Assembly: GCA_964035545.1 (NCBI GenBank)
Contig: OZ037770.1
Coordinates: 10,870,463 to 10,934,462, forward strand
Source of the DNA: Bugula neritina
Lineage: Eukaryota; Animalia; Bryozoa
Direction: 5' to 3'
Length of the DNA: 64,000 bases
Part shown: positions 39,217-53,580 of the stretch, piece after piece
Numbering within the stretch: the stretch's first letter is position 1
How the letters are laid out: each line of letters begins with the position of its first letter
Made by a program: the position numbers and the translations under genes
The notes under the pieces: model-generated
Told to the model about the DNA's origin: nothing
Seen by the model: only the letters and a program-made list of their open reading frames with translations
The model's database searches: none

Positions 39217-42200
39217 CTAAGCTCTAGAATCACCGCTAGAAGCAAATCCACTGTTAGATGCCGTAGAAGTGATAGTTTTTACCTTTTTAACAAAAGGGGT
39301 AGTAATTAGCTCAACATATGCTTTACGGAATTGAGTGTTCATACCAGCGTATATAAATATATTCACACAGCTGTTGAGCCATGCTAGAATTACAAAACTG
39401 ACGTACACTATAGAAGGAAGAACATTTTTCTTGTCAGCCATAAAACTCAGACTGATGGGCAACCAGCAGACGACGATAACGATGAACACTGTCACCAACA
39501 TCATTGCGCTCTTTCGCTGATGATTGTTTTGTCGTAATAAAGCTGAACTAGATTTACGCTTTACTGGTAACTTTTTCTTTCCTTTGGATTCTGCTGAAGA
39601 AAGTGTCGTTTGAGTTGATGAGTTACTAGAAGTTGTCGTATCTTTTTGTTCAGTGTCATCAATTTTGCTGAAGGTATTTCCTGTCGATATTGCAGAGCCT
39701 TTTGCAAGGTGATTTGATACGATTCTAGGCTTGTAGTGTTTCATCAGGTTACGTTTGTTTTTAGCAAGTTTGAGCAAAATCTTTCCGTAAAAAAATGTAG
39801 AAGCTATTACTGGGGGGAAAACTCCAAGTACACAGCAGAAGATTGTACCGTACATCCAAGACTCTTCATCATTAGCTTTAAAGAAGCAAGTCCTGAATTT
39901 GCTGTGATATCCAAACTCCCCGTAACCAGCCATTGGGGGGATAACTATACAAAAGCTCCAGATCCAAATCAGAGCTATGGATAGGGCTATACTTGATCGT
40001 CTCGTAAATTTGTAGTATATAGACTTGTTCATGCAAAGTAAAAGATATCTGTTGAAGCCCACAGCAGCTACGGAGTTTAAAGCGCATATCATTGTCATGA
40101 TGTTAATTGGTGATGTATACAAACAGTACTCTCGGTAGGTGACATCATTGTTTCCTAAAACATAAAAAATACTTAACTTTTTATCTATAAAATCATAAAA
40201 CAATTATTTGATTCACTTTTGATGCTAATTCAATTTTCTTTTCTTATATAAGTGTGATTATTAAGGAATTGCTCATCAACTGTGAAAGAGTGAGTCATAC
40301 GCAAGTACACTCACCGCCCCCTCAGTAAATTTATATCACAAACTACTTCTATATCAAAAATTTTAAAGGCTATGAACAAAAACCTATAGCAAGTATATTA
40401 CTTTAAAATAAGATACTCTGCATGCAGATAGATAAAAGTTACAAGCAGCAATTTTGCTGTTATAGTTATGTTAATGACAAAAAATGACAGCAAACGCTAG
40501 GATATATTGTGTAAGAAATTAGGCAAAGTTGATATTCTGTTACTTCAGGATGCTTAAAGCTTGAAACCAGAAAAAAAATTGTATAATCATATAATTCTAA
40601 CCTAAAATAAAATTAATGCCAACAAAAAATTATGCTTGAAATATGTTAAGTTAGAATATTGCAAGAGAATAGTATTTGAAAACTTAGGTTACACATTCAA
40701 TTATAGATCTTTGACTAATATACATTATCAAAATATCTCAATTAAGAGAGCATGTGTGTAAAAATCATATGTTGTAAGCCTATTTGTCAGGTAAATGGCT
40801 TCAGGTTATAGAAGAGTTTAATTATAACCAAAGTATTGCCTCCTATACGAAAATACCTTTTGATAAAAGTTAAAAAATAATCTTAGTTTATGTAAAATGC
40901 ATTGATTTTAAAAGTGGAAGCAGTTAATATTTATCACAAGACATATTATACTACTATGGTAGTTTACTTGCTGACTAGGAGTTGTGGGCGTAATATACCC
41001 AGTTGGCAAACTTTCAAAATACTTTTGTGTAATGTGATATTATACCCCTATAAACATGACATAATACAGGCTATTTGGTTGTAATCAAACAGGCAGCGTA
41101 ACATATATTCTGTGTTACAATGTTAAGAATAAGTTCCACGCAAAACAATTGCACTTTATTAGATAATTTCCAGGACTATTTACACCCTCTCCCATTAGCA
41201 CATGCAGCCAATACTTGTCTGGTCATTAAATTAATTAGTTTCTTATAATAATAATTATTTTTGGATTTAATGACACACTACTATTAACTCTAATATTAGT
41301 TACAGGCAGTAATATATGATTATGGAAGTAGTAGGTTGTACATAGTAGGACATGTAGGTTATTTATAATATCATGCCATTTCATTTCCATAAATGTAAAC
41401 ACGATTTGCGTCATATTCAACAAATAAACATATATTAAGTCCACAACCTATACATCTCAACACATCTGCAGTAATTAATTCATGATAAAGAGACATAATT
41501 ATAACAAAACAGGTAAAAATCCAATATAATGCAGACATACATACGGAGTTGGTCTAAGTTACTCAGTACTGAATTGTTATGCGCAATGAGAAAACAACTT
41601 AGCTACTTAGCTACTGGTCTAGAGCACTGGCCTAGTAAACACGAAGTCATGGGTTCGAGCCCGAACAAAGGTCATTGGTAATGTTAGGAAGAGCATCCAG
41701 TCACAATTGCTCCTGTGCCCTATCTGAACAAGTCCTTAGACTGAGTAAAGAAAAAACCCTTCCATCAGGGGTTCTCACAGGGAAAGTAACTATATAAACT
41801 TGTGTGAATACTTACCATTGAAGAATTCTAAGATGGTAGTTGGTAGGTTAACAGAGAGTAGGAGAATGTCAGCTACAGCAAGGTTAGCCACGTACACATT
41901 AGAGTGTGTTCTCAGCTTTTTCCTCTTCGTTATGACATAAATTGTCATCAGGTTTCCAACTATACCCACTGCTAGGGCTATGCATAGAAAGGAAGCTAGG
42001 GCTATCTGCACCTCCTAGAAACAAAATCTTATGACAGTTAGAAATTCACTAGACTTGGTTGTTCATCTGTTTATCATTTAGTAAGACAACTTTCCAAACA
42101 GCTTTATTTATTGGCAAACTTTAGATGTACTATAACGTGCTGGGCCTTTAACTTTAGAAGATGCCTAATATCTAATGTTGACCAATTCTGAAAACCATGT

Positions 42201-42739
42201 ATTTACATTATAGCTGTCCACACTCTTAGCTCTAATAACTTGTGTGCATCTACTGTATGTTCACTGTAATTACATAACTAATATGAATAATAATTCAATT
42301 TATCTGTCCATGACTTAGATATTCCATACATACTATATAAATACATATTAAAATTATTACTTGAAATATGGTCTAATATTTTCTGTAAAATATACAGATG
42401 ACTTTCAGCTATAACTTTAAGTGCAGGTAAAAAGTAATATATAGCATGTGCCACTAAATATTTCTACCTGCTGAGTATTCTGCAACTACAACATGATTAT
42501 AATTGATAACCTAAAGAAAATTGCTAGAAGCAGCACGGAGGTGGAGGTGACTGAGCATATACACATCATTGTCGAAATTCCAAACTCTGAACTGGAGATC
42601 CCCAGTCACTGCCTCCAACTCGGTGCTGCTTTAAGCAACTTTTTCTCCAAATACATAAATAGACTCTTACCTTTGGAATGTTGTCAGCAGAGGGAGGGGT
42701 GGTTACAGCAAGCCCCGCAGTTGTGTTTGAAACACTCAT
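39217..42739 (-). CDS. Class A (rhodopsin-like) GPCR, melatonin-receptor/Moody/Tre1-like (401 aa, 3 coding exons)
   Basis: Exons 42739-42671, 42014-41816 and 40154-39217 are in phase (1206 nt). N-terminal NTT glycosylation site, TM1 GN, TM2 NLAVAD, TM3 NRY, TM4 W, TM6 CWLP, TM7 NSCVNIFIY, helix 8 FRKAY. Confidence 0.92.
41614..41809 (+). mobile_element. tRNA-derived SINE, family 1, abutting a GPCR splice donor
   Basis: TGGTCTAG, GGGTTCGAGCCC and the shared body; its tail runs directly into ACTTAC, the minus-strand GTAAGT donor. Confidence 0.85.
42519..42640. mobile_element. Palindromic MITE (TATAAGCAGCACC family)
   Basis: TTGCTAGAAGCAGCACGGAGGTGGAGGTGACTG ... CAGTCACTGCCTCCAACTCGGTGCTGCTTTAAGCAA. 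Confidence 0.75.
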
Positions 42740-44385
42740 ACTGCGTTGTTAGGAGATGCTATTTCTGCAGCCCAAACCTGTAACAGCAGAGAAAAGTTGT
42801 CACTACTCTGCTATAGACTACGTGCTGCGAGTTATTACATCAAAGTGCTATAAGCTACTCGTAGGAATGCTGCTGCCTTTTATGTAACAAGTAGATCTTT
42901 CTCTTTAATTACCTTTATGGGACATGCTTGGTTAAATAAGCAAATGTTTTTATTATAAACACAACTGCTCTTACAGTGTGAGATTTCGTATATAATATAG
43001 TTCATAGGAAGAATGGGTTTAGTTATTTGATACGGGATAAAATAGAACTGCATTTTGACTCAATTGACGTGATATACGTGACCCCATGACCCCAGCTTAT
43101 CATAACTTTCTCTGTTGTCTGTCAATCAGTCTAATAAAATTTGAACAATCATTGTTTTTCTTAGTAGGAAACTTCAACTAATACCATTTAATGCAGCAGA
43201 TATGGAAGAGCCAATTGACATTAAATGATGTAATAAATAGCTGACAGTGATTAGGCACTTTCTAGTATAATTGAATTTAATAGTTTATAAATAATTTCAT
43301 ATCCTTTGCCTAACAGATCAAAGTTTATTCATAACAAAAAAATGTGCTGACGGATAATTCAAGTTGGCTTTGTGAAAAGGTCACCGATCAATGCCATGTG
43401 AACTTTCAGTATCATTATGACTATAGCAAAAGGACATTGTAGTTCACACTGTAGTTGTTAAAACTATGGCAGGACTCTAACTCAACCAGTGTGGTTAGCG
43501 AGAAAAAATATATTAATAAACATTAGAAAGTGAAGCCACAAAGCCCAAGATATTATCATATTTAATTTTATTTTAACCAAATGTATCAATTAATATTGCA
43601 ACAGTAAAAGTATTTATAGTAAGGGTGGAATAATAACTTAGGTACTGCGTAATCAACAAACCAACAGAAATACTAAAAGTAGTAAACATTGTAATACAAA
43701 TAAAATTTAATTTTAAATTGTGACTGTTATATACTAGAAATATTACAAAGACGATATATTTATGATAAAATTTCTTTATCAAATACTAGAATTAAATAAT
43801 TTTAACATTAGTTTTTAATTTAGTAACTAAGCACCACTACTTTCACAGTTTTAATAATACATAGGTAAAGCCATAGAAGATTGTTTAAATAGTATTGATA
43901 GTATTCAATAGCACTAATGATTGTTAATAAGTAACCCCTCAATGCAGGTTTATTAACTCAAGCATATTCAAACTTGTAAGTTTATTTTAGCTTTGCATTT
44001 ACAATAGAATTATGACGGGTTACCACACAGCAAGTCCTCCTTAATAGGTATTACTGAGATTGTTTAAATTCAATTGAATTAATTTTGATTTCATAGGAAA
44101 TGTGTCAATTATATAGCTATTCATATTTAATTGGTATCTGATTACATAAGAATAACCACTTGAGTTATTCTAATATACCTGAATACATTCTTAACAAAAC
44201 TAAGTAGCTGGTGAAATAACAAAACATCTCAAGTTATATAATCAGCCTATATAAACTGTGAGTTCACTCTATAATACAGTTAAGGTGCTTATATAAACAT
44301 TAGGGCAAGTTTGATCTACTTACTTATAAACAGTAGTGGAGAAATTGAGATAGCCTATAAGTTAGTTAGTTTTGTTATTAAATTT

Positions 44386-44490
44386 CGGTTTGGGGCACGG
44401 GTTGAAATTCTTCCAGAAACATAACTTCTTTTGCTACATTTCTAATCTAGAACACAGTCTATTCCCAATTCCTCCATTACTGCACCTACC
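44386..44490 (+). repeat. Dispersed repeat, family 2 (probable SINE fragment)
   Basis: Homologous to 14665-14770; B-box-like GGGTTGAAATTC at its 5' end. Confidence 0.65.
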
Positions 44491-47400
44491 TTGATTAGAC
44501 TCAAAACTACTAGTAGCTTTCTATAATCAATTAGATGTTATTGAAAGTCTAGGTTTATATCTATAATTCTAATAAGTTAGAATATTAGAAAGAGACTACA
44601 GCTCCAACATACGCAAAAGAACACCTTCGGGTTTTGATTTAGATTTCTCATTTTAAGACTTGGAGTGGTGCTTTACCAGTTTCCGTTTTATGGCTACTAT
44701 AACTGGTGTTCATATTATAATTTATATTTTCTTAGTCGCATAATAGTCTATAAACTTAAGCACATATAAATATATCTAATTTTTACAACTAACATTTCAC
44801 ACCAAAGATTTGTTCATGTATAGAGTACAAAACTTGTACTCATTTTAAACAAAATTCTCAATAGACATGGTTTGAATAGTTTGCTTGTGTTTTTTGGCAT
44901 TTGACTTTAGCACAATATCTAGTTTATTTCTTCAACTGCGGAAGACTTTTCAAGCTTTCATTTGTTGAAGGATAAATTTGCTAAAATATTATTTTGTTTA
45001 TTTGTGTATTTTGTATGACAAACTCAAAGTTTTTCAATGTGTATAGTGTAACAATAAATTCAGTCAGGGGAGTGACCTGATAACATCTAGCAATAACTGT
45101 TGCATAGGCCCATTTTCAAGGAAGTAAACTATTAGTGCATGAAGCATTTCAGTGTACCCATATTTCAAATTTTTATATAGAATCACTGAAAGTTCATGAC
45201 AGAGGCCACATAGCTAGTGAATTAGTCATAATTATGGTTTCAGCTAGTCAAAGCTGTATTAACACAGCCTCAGCATAAAAAATTAGTTGATGTATTGTTT
45301 ATCTATAACAAGGATACTGCTTTATGCTTATAAAAATTTCAATACTATAATAATATAATAACCGATGGTATATAATTTATAGTATATGCCACCTTAACAC
45401 ATGCACGGATAGTTATCTTATAGGCTATAATCCATGCAACCTTAACGTTTATCACGTTAACTACATAACAATATGGAAATGGACACAGTTTTGTTTTAAC
45501 AATTAACATTACATATATGCTTTTCTCCTAAAATACATGATCACATCTCTATTGGGGCCTAAACAAGGCACATTATGCACGAGAATAGTTTGTCACTTTG
45601 TAGAGAATCTTAATAAAAACTGTAGTTGAAATGACGAACATAACTGCTAAAAATCTGTACAAATTGTCAAAATTCTGTCAACATCTGACGAAGTCAATTT
45701 GACTCATGGTTATATTGTCTTAATTATAAGTATATATAAAAATTTTCTCTCCTGCAAACTTTGACTAATTTTGCTAAAATCTACAATTGATCAAATTAAT
45801 TTTCTTTGCAAAGACCTAATGCTAAATTAAGCACACAAGCAGACTTAATTTTAAATAGGCCTTAATTATAGCTAATAGCTAATTGAGACATGCATGCACA
45901 CAATAAAGCAGTGCCATTTATATAACAACTAATAACTCATGTGTGTTATACAACAATGAAGACATTAGATCTTATGCAGTAGCTTTATTTACATACTTGT
46001 AAGGAACAATTGCAGTTAGATTTTTAAATAAGTGTAACACAATGGCGACATTCAGGACACTAATAAACTATCAACCTCTGTGATTCGACTAAACAGGGCA
46101 TTAGAGAAATTCTATCTTGCCTTGTTATCAGAGCTAAATTTTACTGATGGATGTGAAATCACCAAATTGCTTTGTTTGATTGCATCTTTCAATAGCTTTG
46201 TTTCACTCTATTATTACAGACGCATATTATATTTCAACACTGTTCTGAAATGATTGCTGAAAGTCTTATAGCTGTAGGGAAAATTGACCTTTTTGAGATG
46301 AGAGAGTATTTCAGAAGCTATAGTATTATTAGAAATTTCCTGATTCCATCATTCATGCATTTGCACTCTTTGCCATTAGGAAGGCTAACCAGCCACTATG
46401 CTTAGAGAAATATGATTTGAATAATGTGAGAAAAAAATAGAATTTAACATTTCACACAATTGGGGCTTTGGTTAACAGATACATTGATTTAAATGATATA
46501 TGTATATTATATGATATCATATGAGATACAAATTATAAATTGCTGCATGAAAACAATATTTACGTATCTAAATTCTAAACTCTTAAATTGAATTATTCAA
46601 TTTATCTCTTCCACATTCAGCTAGTTTCACAAGTTGAGATGAAAGAAGCAGTACGAATTGTTGATAAGGAGAGATACCATTAATTACTGAGTAGTAGTTT
46701 TAATAAAAAGTAAAAAGGAAGTAATTTAAACACTCAATCTGTATCTTTTACAGCTTAATCTTTGGCGCATGTAAAGAAGAAATTCCTTTGCCTACTCAAT
46801 TACGTAAGTTTCGTTTTCAACAACAATACTCAGTATACTTATACTGTAAAGAAGTTTGTCAACACAAAGTACATAAATCACTCAGCCTGTCAACAGAGTT
46901 TCTTCTGATTCAAAACAATGACTGATTGGTGCTAAAAGTGACAGTCTAAACAGCCTCAGGCAATGTGAATAGAAAATAGTTGGACAAAAAATTACTCATA
47001 GAAAGCCCATTCTTCCCTTATGTGATTATAGTTGGGAAACGCATCACTGTGCTGAAATAAAAGTTTTCACAATTAAAAATGGTACTGGCTATAACAAAAT
47101 CAAATCTACTCTTTTCTCTGTATAATTAGAATCTGTTTAAACATTTTTGTAGTCTGCAAAAATATGTAGTATTAGTTTTGGCATTAATTATAATGTTACT
47201 TTCACTATTGTCCAGAGCATAACAATTACAATTGTTATCGTAAAACACTTTTCCTTTCCTTATTTATGACTAATGACTATGACTGATTTTAATGTCAAAA
47301 ACTTGCATGGTTTATTGATTATATATAGAAGTGTCAGTCCATTATGTTGTCATTTCTAGTCAAAATTGTTTTGCATACTTCTACCAAAACTAGGCAGTTT

Positions 47401-50400
47401 AGGTACTAATGAATTTTGCTACAGCGTTTAAAGTCATAATTTTTATTTATCAGTATTTGTTTTCTCTGAATTTTATACATCTACATCTCAGACCTTTCAT
47501 CAAAGAAAACCTGCTCTCATTGATATCTAAATAAAGCAGCTTTTCTTTACAGCTAAACAAATCGCTTTCAGACTGAGAGAACAAACTTTTTTAGCTTAGA
47601 ATGAGTTGATAATTTTTAGTTTGGGGCTTGAGTTTAGGGATTGATTGTTTCATTTTGCAGGCAGGCAACTGCTAAAGAAAAATTCCATAGAGCTAACGCA
47701 ATTTTACAGTTAATTCTGTATTTAAGTGATTTTATAAAATTATTTCAAATGGAGGCATGTGAACTCATTGTGATTATTGCTTTTGAAAATTATAAAACAA
47801 AATTTAGCATTTGGATTTTTCAGCACTATAGTTTTTAGAAGTAGCTAAGCCTTTTATCAACCTTAATTACTGATTTACGTAATACTGCTGTCAGAGCAAC
47901 TTCCACATTATGTAGTCAGCTGTTAGTTTGGCAGGTTGCCATCTAGCTGTAAAGCTATATCTATATAGCATGCTATGAAACACTGAACAGCTAATCCTTA
48001 ATTCATCTCAATGCTAAGCAGTCTTTGGCCCTTCATTATGGTTGTTTGCAGTTCTAAATTTTCAGAGCACTCTATCAATTATGTAAAGATTTAAATGATG
48101 TCTGCACCAGAATGTTTTGGATTGATATTGGCTACCATATAGTCATAAAGGTATTTTTCAGCTAAGATTTTATCATTTTCAGCTGGATGTAAATGAAATT
48201 ATTACATTGATGTTAATAACTACATCTGAAATAAATTGAAAAGCTGTAGAATTGCCTGAAGCATTCTTACATGATTATTATGTTGCTATTATATATTATT
48301 ATTTGAGTCTATATATATCATTAACTTGATTCACTGAGATGTAAATTCAATTAATATGCAGCATTATGATTATACTTTGAAGATGCATCTTTCTTCTATT
48401 TGAATTGTTAATTGAAGTAGGAAGCCTTGTTTCACAACTAAGAGTACTTTACATAACAAAACTGGCTGCTCATATAGGCTTAGAGATATTCAAACATGTT
48501 TACAGTTCAACAGAGTGGAAATATTTTCAATTTGATGAGTATTTTAATAGAGCAAGTGTCAGAGTTAATTGAAAACTGGGAGTCATGAGGTTCATGGCTT
48601 ATAATTGGTTGTAAAAACTGTTGAAAGATGAGAGTTTTCAACCTTATTTCTTAACAGGTAAAATGTGCCACTTTCAACTATATAGTTGCATAGGTTTGCA
48701 TCAAAATAAATTACTCAACAGACTTTACCAAAACTAATGCAAAAGAAAAGCTGGTTATTACTGCTCATTTAGTTTTATCTTATAAATGTCTTTATAACAA
48801 AATAATTTATCGTAATAAATCTGGTTATTTTAATTTTACTGGACCATTTTCTAAAAGTTCTTACTACTCTGTATACTCTGTTATTTAAATGTAAACTTAT
48901 AGCAGACTTAGGTTCCAAGATCTATACACTTTATAATGAAACCATAAGAATCAACACTAAAATTTCTTCTAATAAATTAGGGCCTTTAATTCAAAATTTG
49001 CTGCTATAATTTAATATAATTTTAAAATCAAAAATTAAAACTGTAACTGAATTAAACTAGATTTAATAACAACTTGAAGACACAGATTTAATTAGACCTC
49101 AATTTGAATATAACATGCTTAAAGTATTTTGAAAGTGGTATATAATCACCTAAACCTATTATAGTAACTTTTCATTTATTATGTTTTTTATTTTCTATAA
49201 CACTTGCACCATCAGTATAAATAGCATAGTTGCCTTGATTAGTCACTGGAATAAATCATTACCTTCACACTTTAATCTCACAACAGGAAATGTATTTGAG
49301 TTTGGCAAGTCGCCAGGTGAGTAGGAAGTTGTAATAAATGCATGAATGAAGGCTGGCATGAGACATACAATCACGTAATCGGCAATATCTGAGGGGTGAT
49401 TCTCCGTAACAAGAAATATCAATCTTATGAACCATGTGTTACCAAATTCATGGTATCTGAATGTGTAATAGTGTGATGCAAACTATACGGAACTTTGCAA
49501 GCTTCGAAGTTATACGTCACTAATGTCATGTAGACAAGAAGCTGATAAATTAGTACCTGTATAAATGATGAACTTTGCTATACTTTGCTAGAGCCATGAC
49601 CAGATTTTTGTTAGAGCTGTGATTTGATATAAATTAACATTCCGAACAGTGATTTCAGTGTACTAGTAGTATTATACTATTATAGAATGTCTAAACTATA
49701 TGAATTATATTTTCTTTATTGGTTTCATAGAATAACATAACTTTTAATCATGCTTGTAGTTATTGACCCATATAAGTAAAAAGAACATCTCAACTTAACG
49801 TTGCAAGTTATAGAAACATACAAAGTCGGCATTATAAAGGTAAAAAGTTGCAACAATGCTAAAAACTTGATCGAGTTTTGAGTTTCCTGTGCTTTATCAA
49901 AGCTTCAATCACAAGCTATATCAAAATCTTTGAAACAAATTAATGAAACATTCACAATATATTCACCAATGGCTATCGGAGTCTCGACACTTAAAGAGAC
50001 ATCCTATTAAACGCTGGCACATTGTAAAATGTATTGACAATAAAATAAAGGATGTCAGTTGCTGTTGGCTAGCTACTGCCTGCCAAACCTTTTGCAGATG
50101 CTTAGATTGAAATGTTTATTTAGGGAAACAAAGAGACAAAAAGTCAGAACTAATCTGCAGGCTGCTACATCCTACATGACGTGAAATGCTCTCTTTTGTG
50201 TCGTGTTAGGTGGTGGACAGGAAGCCATGGATGATTAACAGTAGATGTTAAGAATACGTCAAGTCTACTCTACTGTGTATATTAGGGACAAGTATTAACA
50301 CCAATATAGGTGCTTTACTACGCATGTCAAAGCTTTTCGACAAAGCTTATAGAAGACCTAATTTTGCTAAAACATGAACCTAAAAACTTGAAACTAAGTC

Positions 50401-53335
50401 TTGCATCAATATTTAGTTAATAGTTCTGCGAGGATTGTGGTTTGGCATAATTTAAACCAGCAGTGTAATTATAGGTGTAGAACCTGCATATATTTAAAAT
50501 GTGAGGTGCCAAAAATCGCTTTCTGGGACGCATTCTAGCACCAGCATGTCTGCCGTTAAACTAGCTATTGCTGGAGATAGTGATTTACTACTATCTTGTT
50601 TAGTATAATAATCATTATTGAAATAATATATACTAGAATGAATAATGCTTCTGCTATTTATGCCACTGGGATAATCATTTAGTGAAAGTTTATCTAGTTA
50701 GTTGCAAGATAAAAGATATGAAAAAACATTGGAAATCAATTTGAATTGGATTGAACCAAAAGTTGTGCATTTTTATAGAATAGGCATTTCTTCTCTACAT
50801 ACTATGTATATGCATGGCCAGACGAATTTAGCCACCGTTTTCTCATATTTTTTTCTTTTAATGCCTACCTTAGATCTTTGAGTTAAATAGCCATTGCTCT
50901 TTGATTGACCACTATTCTTTGCAATGGGACAAATGAACCTCTCCCCACGTACAGGTAGTTGCTGCCATTAAAAATAAAGTTGCTCACCAGAAGTTAATAA
51001 TAAAATTAAACTAATCACCTGGATTATTTTCTATCCTCAAAGATGTTTTTGATCTCTAAGATTATTGTTATATATTGCTGGCACACAATATTTACACGAT
51101 GAGCCCTATAGTTTTAGTTTATAGAAGTAATATTGGAGAGGGTTTAGTTTGAGCCGTCTTAGCTGATGGAAAAGTCTAGGCCCCTTACTAAATTAGGATA
51201 ATGTCTGAACCGCAGACAGTAAGCTGTTTCTAACCTGATACTGACATTAGCTGCTGCATGGGGGTATAAACTTTATACAGTACTGATGTCAAAGGTAACT
51301 TCAGGTGCTTCATTTAATATACTCAATATAAAATTTGCTCATTTCGAATTATAATCGTGTTAACTATAATGTTAAGGAGCTAAAATTTTGCGTGATTTGA
51401 ATAATTGTAAGAAAATAATTATTATAATACAAGTTACACCTGCGTAATAAAAAGAAAATGTAATAATTTTTGCATGATAAATAATGCACCAATAACAAAA
51501 AAAAACGTTTTCTTGTACCAAATTTTGGCAGCTAGACGTTGAAAAGTCACCAGAAGTATTTCACTCAACCTGCTGAATTGTTTTTATAAATAGGTAAAAC
51601 ACCAATAGCTGCAGCAAAACAGTTTTTTTTGTTAATACAGAAATTGATGTTTATTTTATCTAATGTATTGGTTTTTGATTAGAATATGCCGTATAAAAAC
51701 CAGTTATGTGCAACCTCATGTGAACTCAACTTCTTCAAACTTTTTTAGTAAATTTTTCATTAATGTATTGCAACACAGAGCAGGAAAAGCTGATTGAAAA
51801 TCAAAATAGTTCCTTATATTCCATATGAAGGAAGCATTATATCACATGGCCATGATTTAATTTTTAAGATAATAAATTCTTTCCTGGTACTTGTTGTGAC
51901 ATGGAACTTGGTGGTTAGTTATTTGGAAACAAAATAATTACCTAAACGTTTATAAAGTATATTTACTCTACAAAATTATGTCAACAACAGAAGGCGTCTG
52001 CCAGTTTTACTCAAAATAAATAATAAAGTAATTCCACTCACCTTACCTGGCGTGTCAATAAGCTTAGATGTGACAAGACCTCCAGAGTAGAAATGCTGAG
52101 ATACTGACCAGAGATTATAACTAATTCCGAGACTCACTCAATGCTCAGACAGGTTTCCATTCACGTTAATACCTGCTTAGATCAAGTGGATTAATTCCCT
52201 GCTATGCAGCCTTGTTCATCCGACTGCAACGCTTGAACTAATATCATGACTGTAGTTAGATTTGGTCAACTGGTGAAGCTTCAATTTGATTGGTTGATGA
52301 GCACATACATAGTCATGTATACGTTATCAGTTAGTCTGGTATAAATACTTTATTCATTCCACAAATGAAAAGTATAATTGTCTTCACTAGAACAGCTAAT
52401 TGTGTCAACAATTATTAAAATGCTACAAATATAAAACTGCATGACTTTATAATATTTCGAAAGTGACAAACCAATGCCTTTACATATATGCCTTGTATCT
52501 AGTCATAACTGCTATAGCCTATAATCGTAAAACATTATATAGCATATATTATATTATATAAAGCTATAATATATTATATAGCTAGCAAATGTGCTCTAGA
52601 TTACCTACAATATCAAACTAAACTTTATTTAGTAAAACTTTATATAGAGCTGTAAAAGCTGAACATAAAGTTTTTTTTTATGTAAAGCGTGTTTTTAAAT
52701 TTTAGTTTCAACTAAATTCAACCAAATGCACACTCATTGTAATGGTAAGTCATATTATAGAATAAATGAAGTAATTTATCAATTGTTTTGCTATAGTTGA
52801 ATGATGAAAGTGTATTATTTATTTCTATTAATAATTAGATTGTGTAATTGATCAATAATAAACCTTGAAACAGGTAAGTTACAGGTATTATTATCAACCT
52901 TTAGCTACAATAAACTAAATTTTGTTTTTTTATCATTATAATTAAGAGCTTTATGAGAAAATCCTTAATGACTGAGCATTTATAGTAACGTGCATGAGGG
53001 AAGGGGGGGGAGGTAATAACTTAAATAACTTAGACTATGTCCAGTTGGGCTGGCCGTGTATATCTACATCACCACGTACAGAAGGATTAGACTCTGTTTA
53101 TTAAACAGCAAAGTCCACTGATTTTATCTCATGCAGCTGTCAAACTGTCACAATATGAAACAGCAAAGCAGAATGATGTCTTATATGTGACAGGTGATAT
53201 ATTTAGATTATACCATCACTTTATTATATAGGCCATAGAAATAGATGCTGATAATATTTACGCTGGCTAACAACTAGTGCAAAGTGTAGAACTGGTGAAG
53301 CTAGGTTAAAAGCTAATGCATGTGAAGGGCCACAC

Positions 53336-53580
53336 TAAGCAGTGGAAACTTTACAAAAATGAAAACTTAGGCTGTTTTGTGTAAATTTCGTGTGGCCAAA
53401 ATGCTCAATGACCAATTCCAGGAAATTTCTTCGAAACCCTATCACTCTCTTATATACAGTGTATATATATACCACTGTATACCACTGTGCAGGTCTGTAT
53501 GTGCGCGTATAGAGGTATTTTTTATAATTCAAAGCTATTTTTAGCTTCATCAGGCCCAAGTTATTTTTAGCACTGGCTTA
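53336..53580. mobile_element. Possible small MITE
   Basis: TAAGCAGTG ... CACTGGCTTA ends and internal AACTTAGGC / GCCCAAGTT inverted match. Confidence 0.35.

Noticed and set aside
42493-42783. 96-aa plus-strand ORF
   Set aside because: It is antisense to GPCR coding exon 1 and runs through a MITE.
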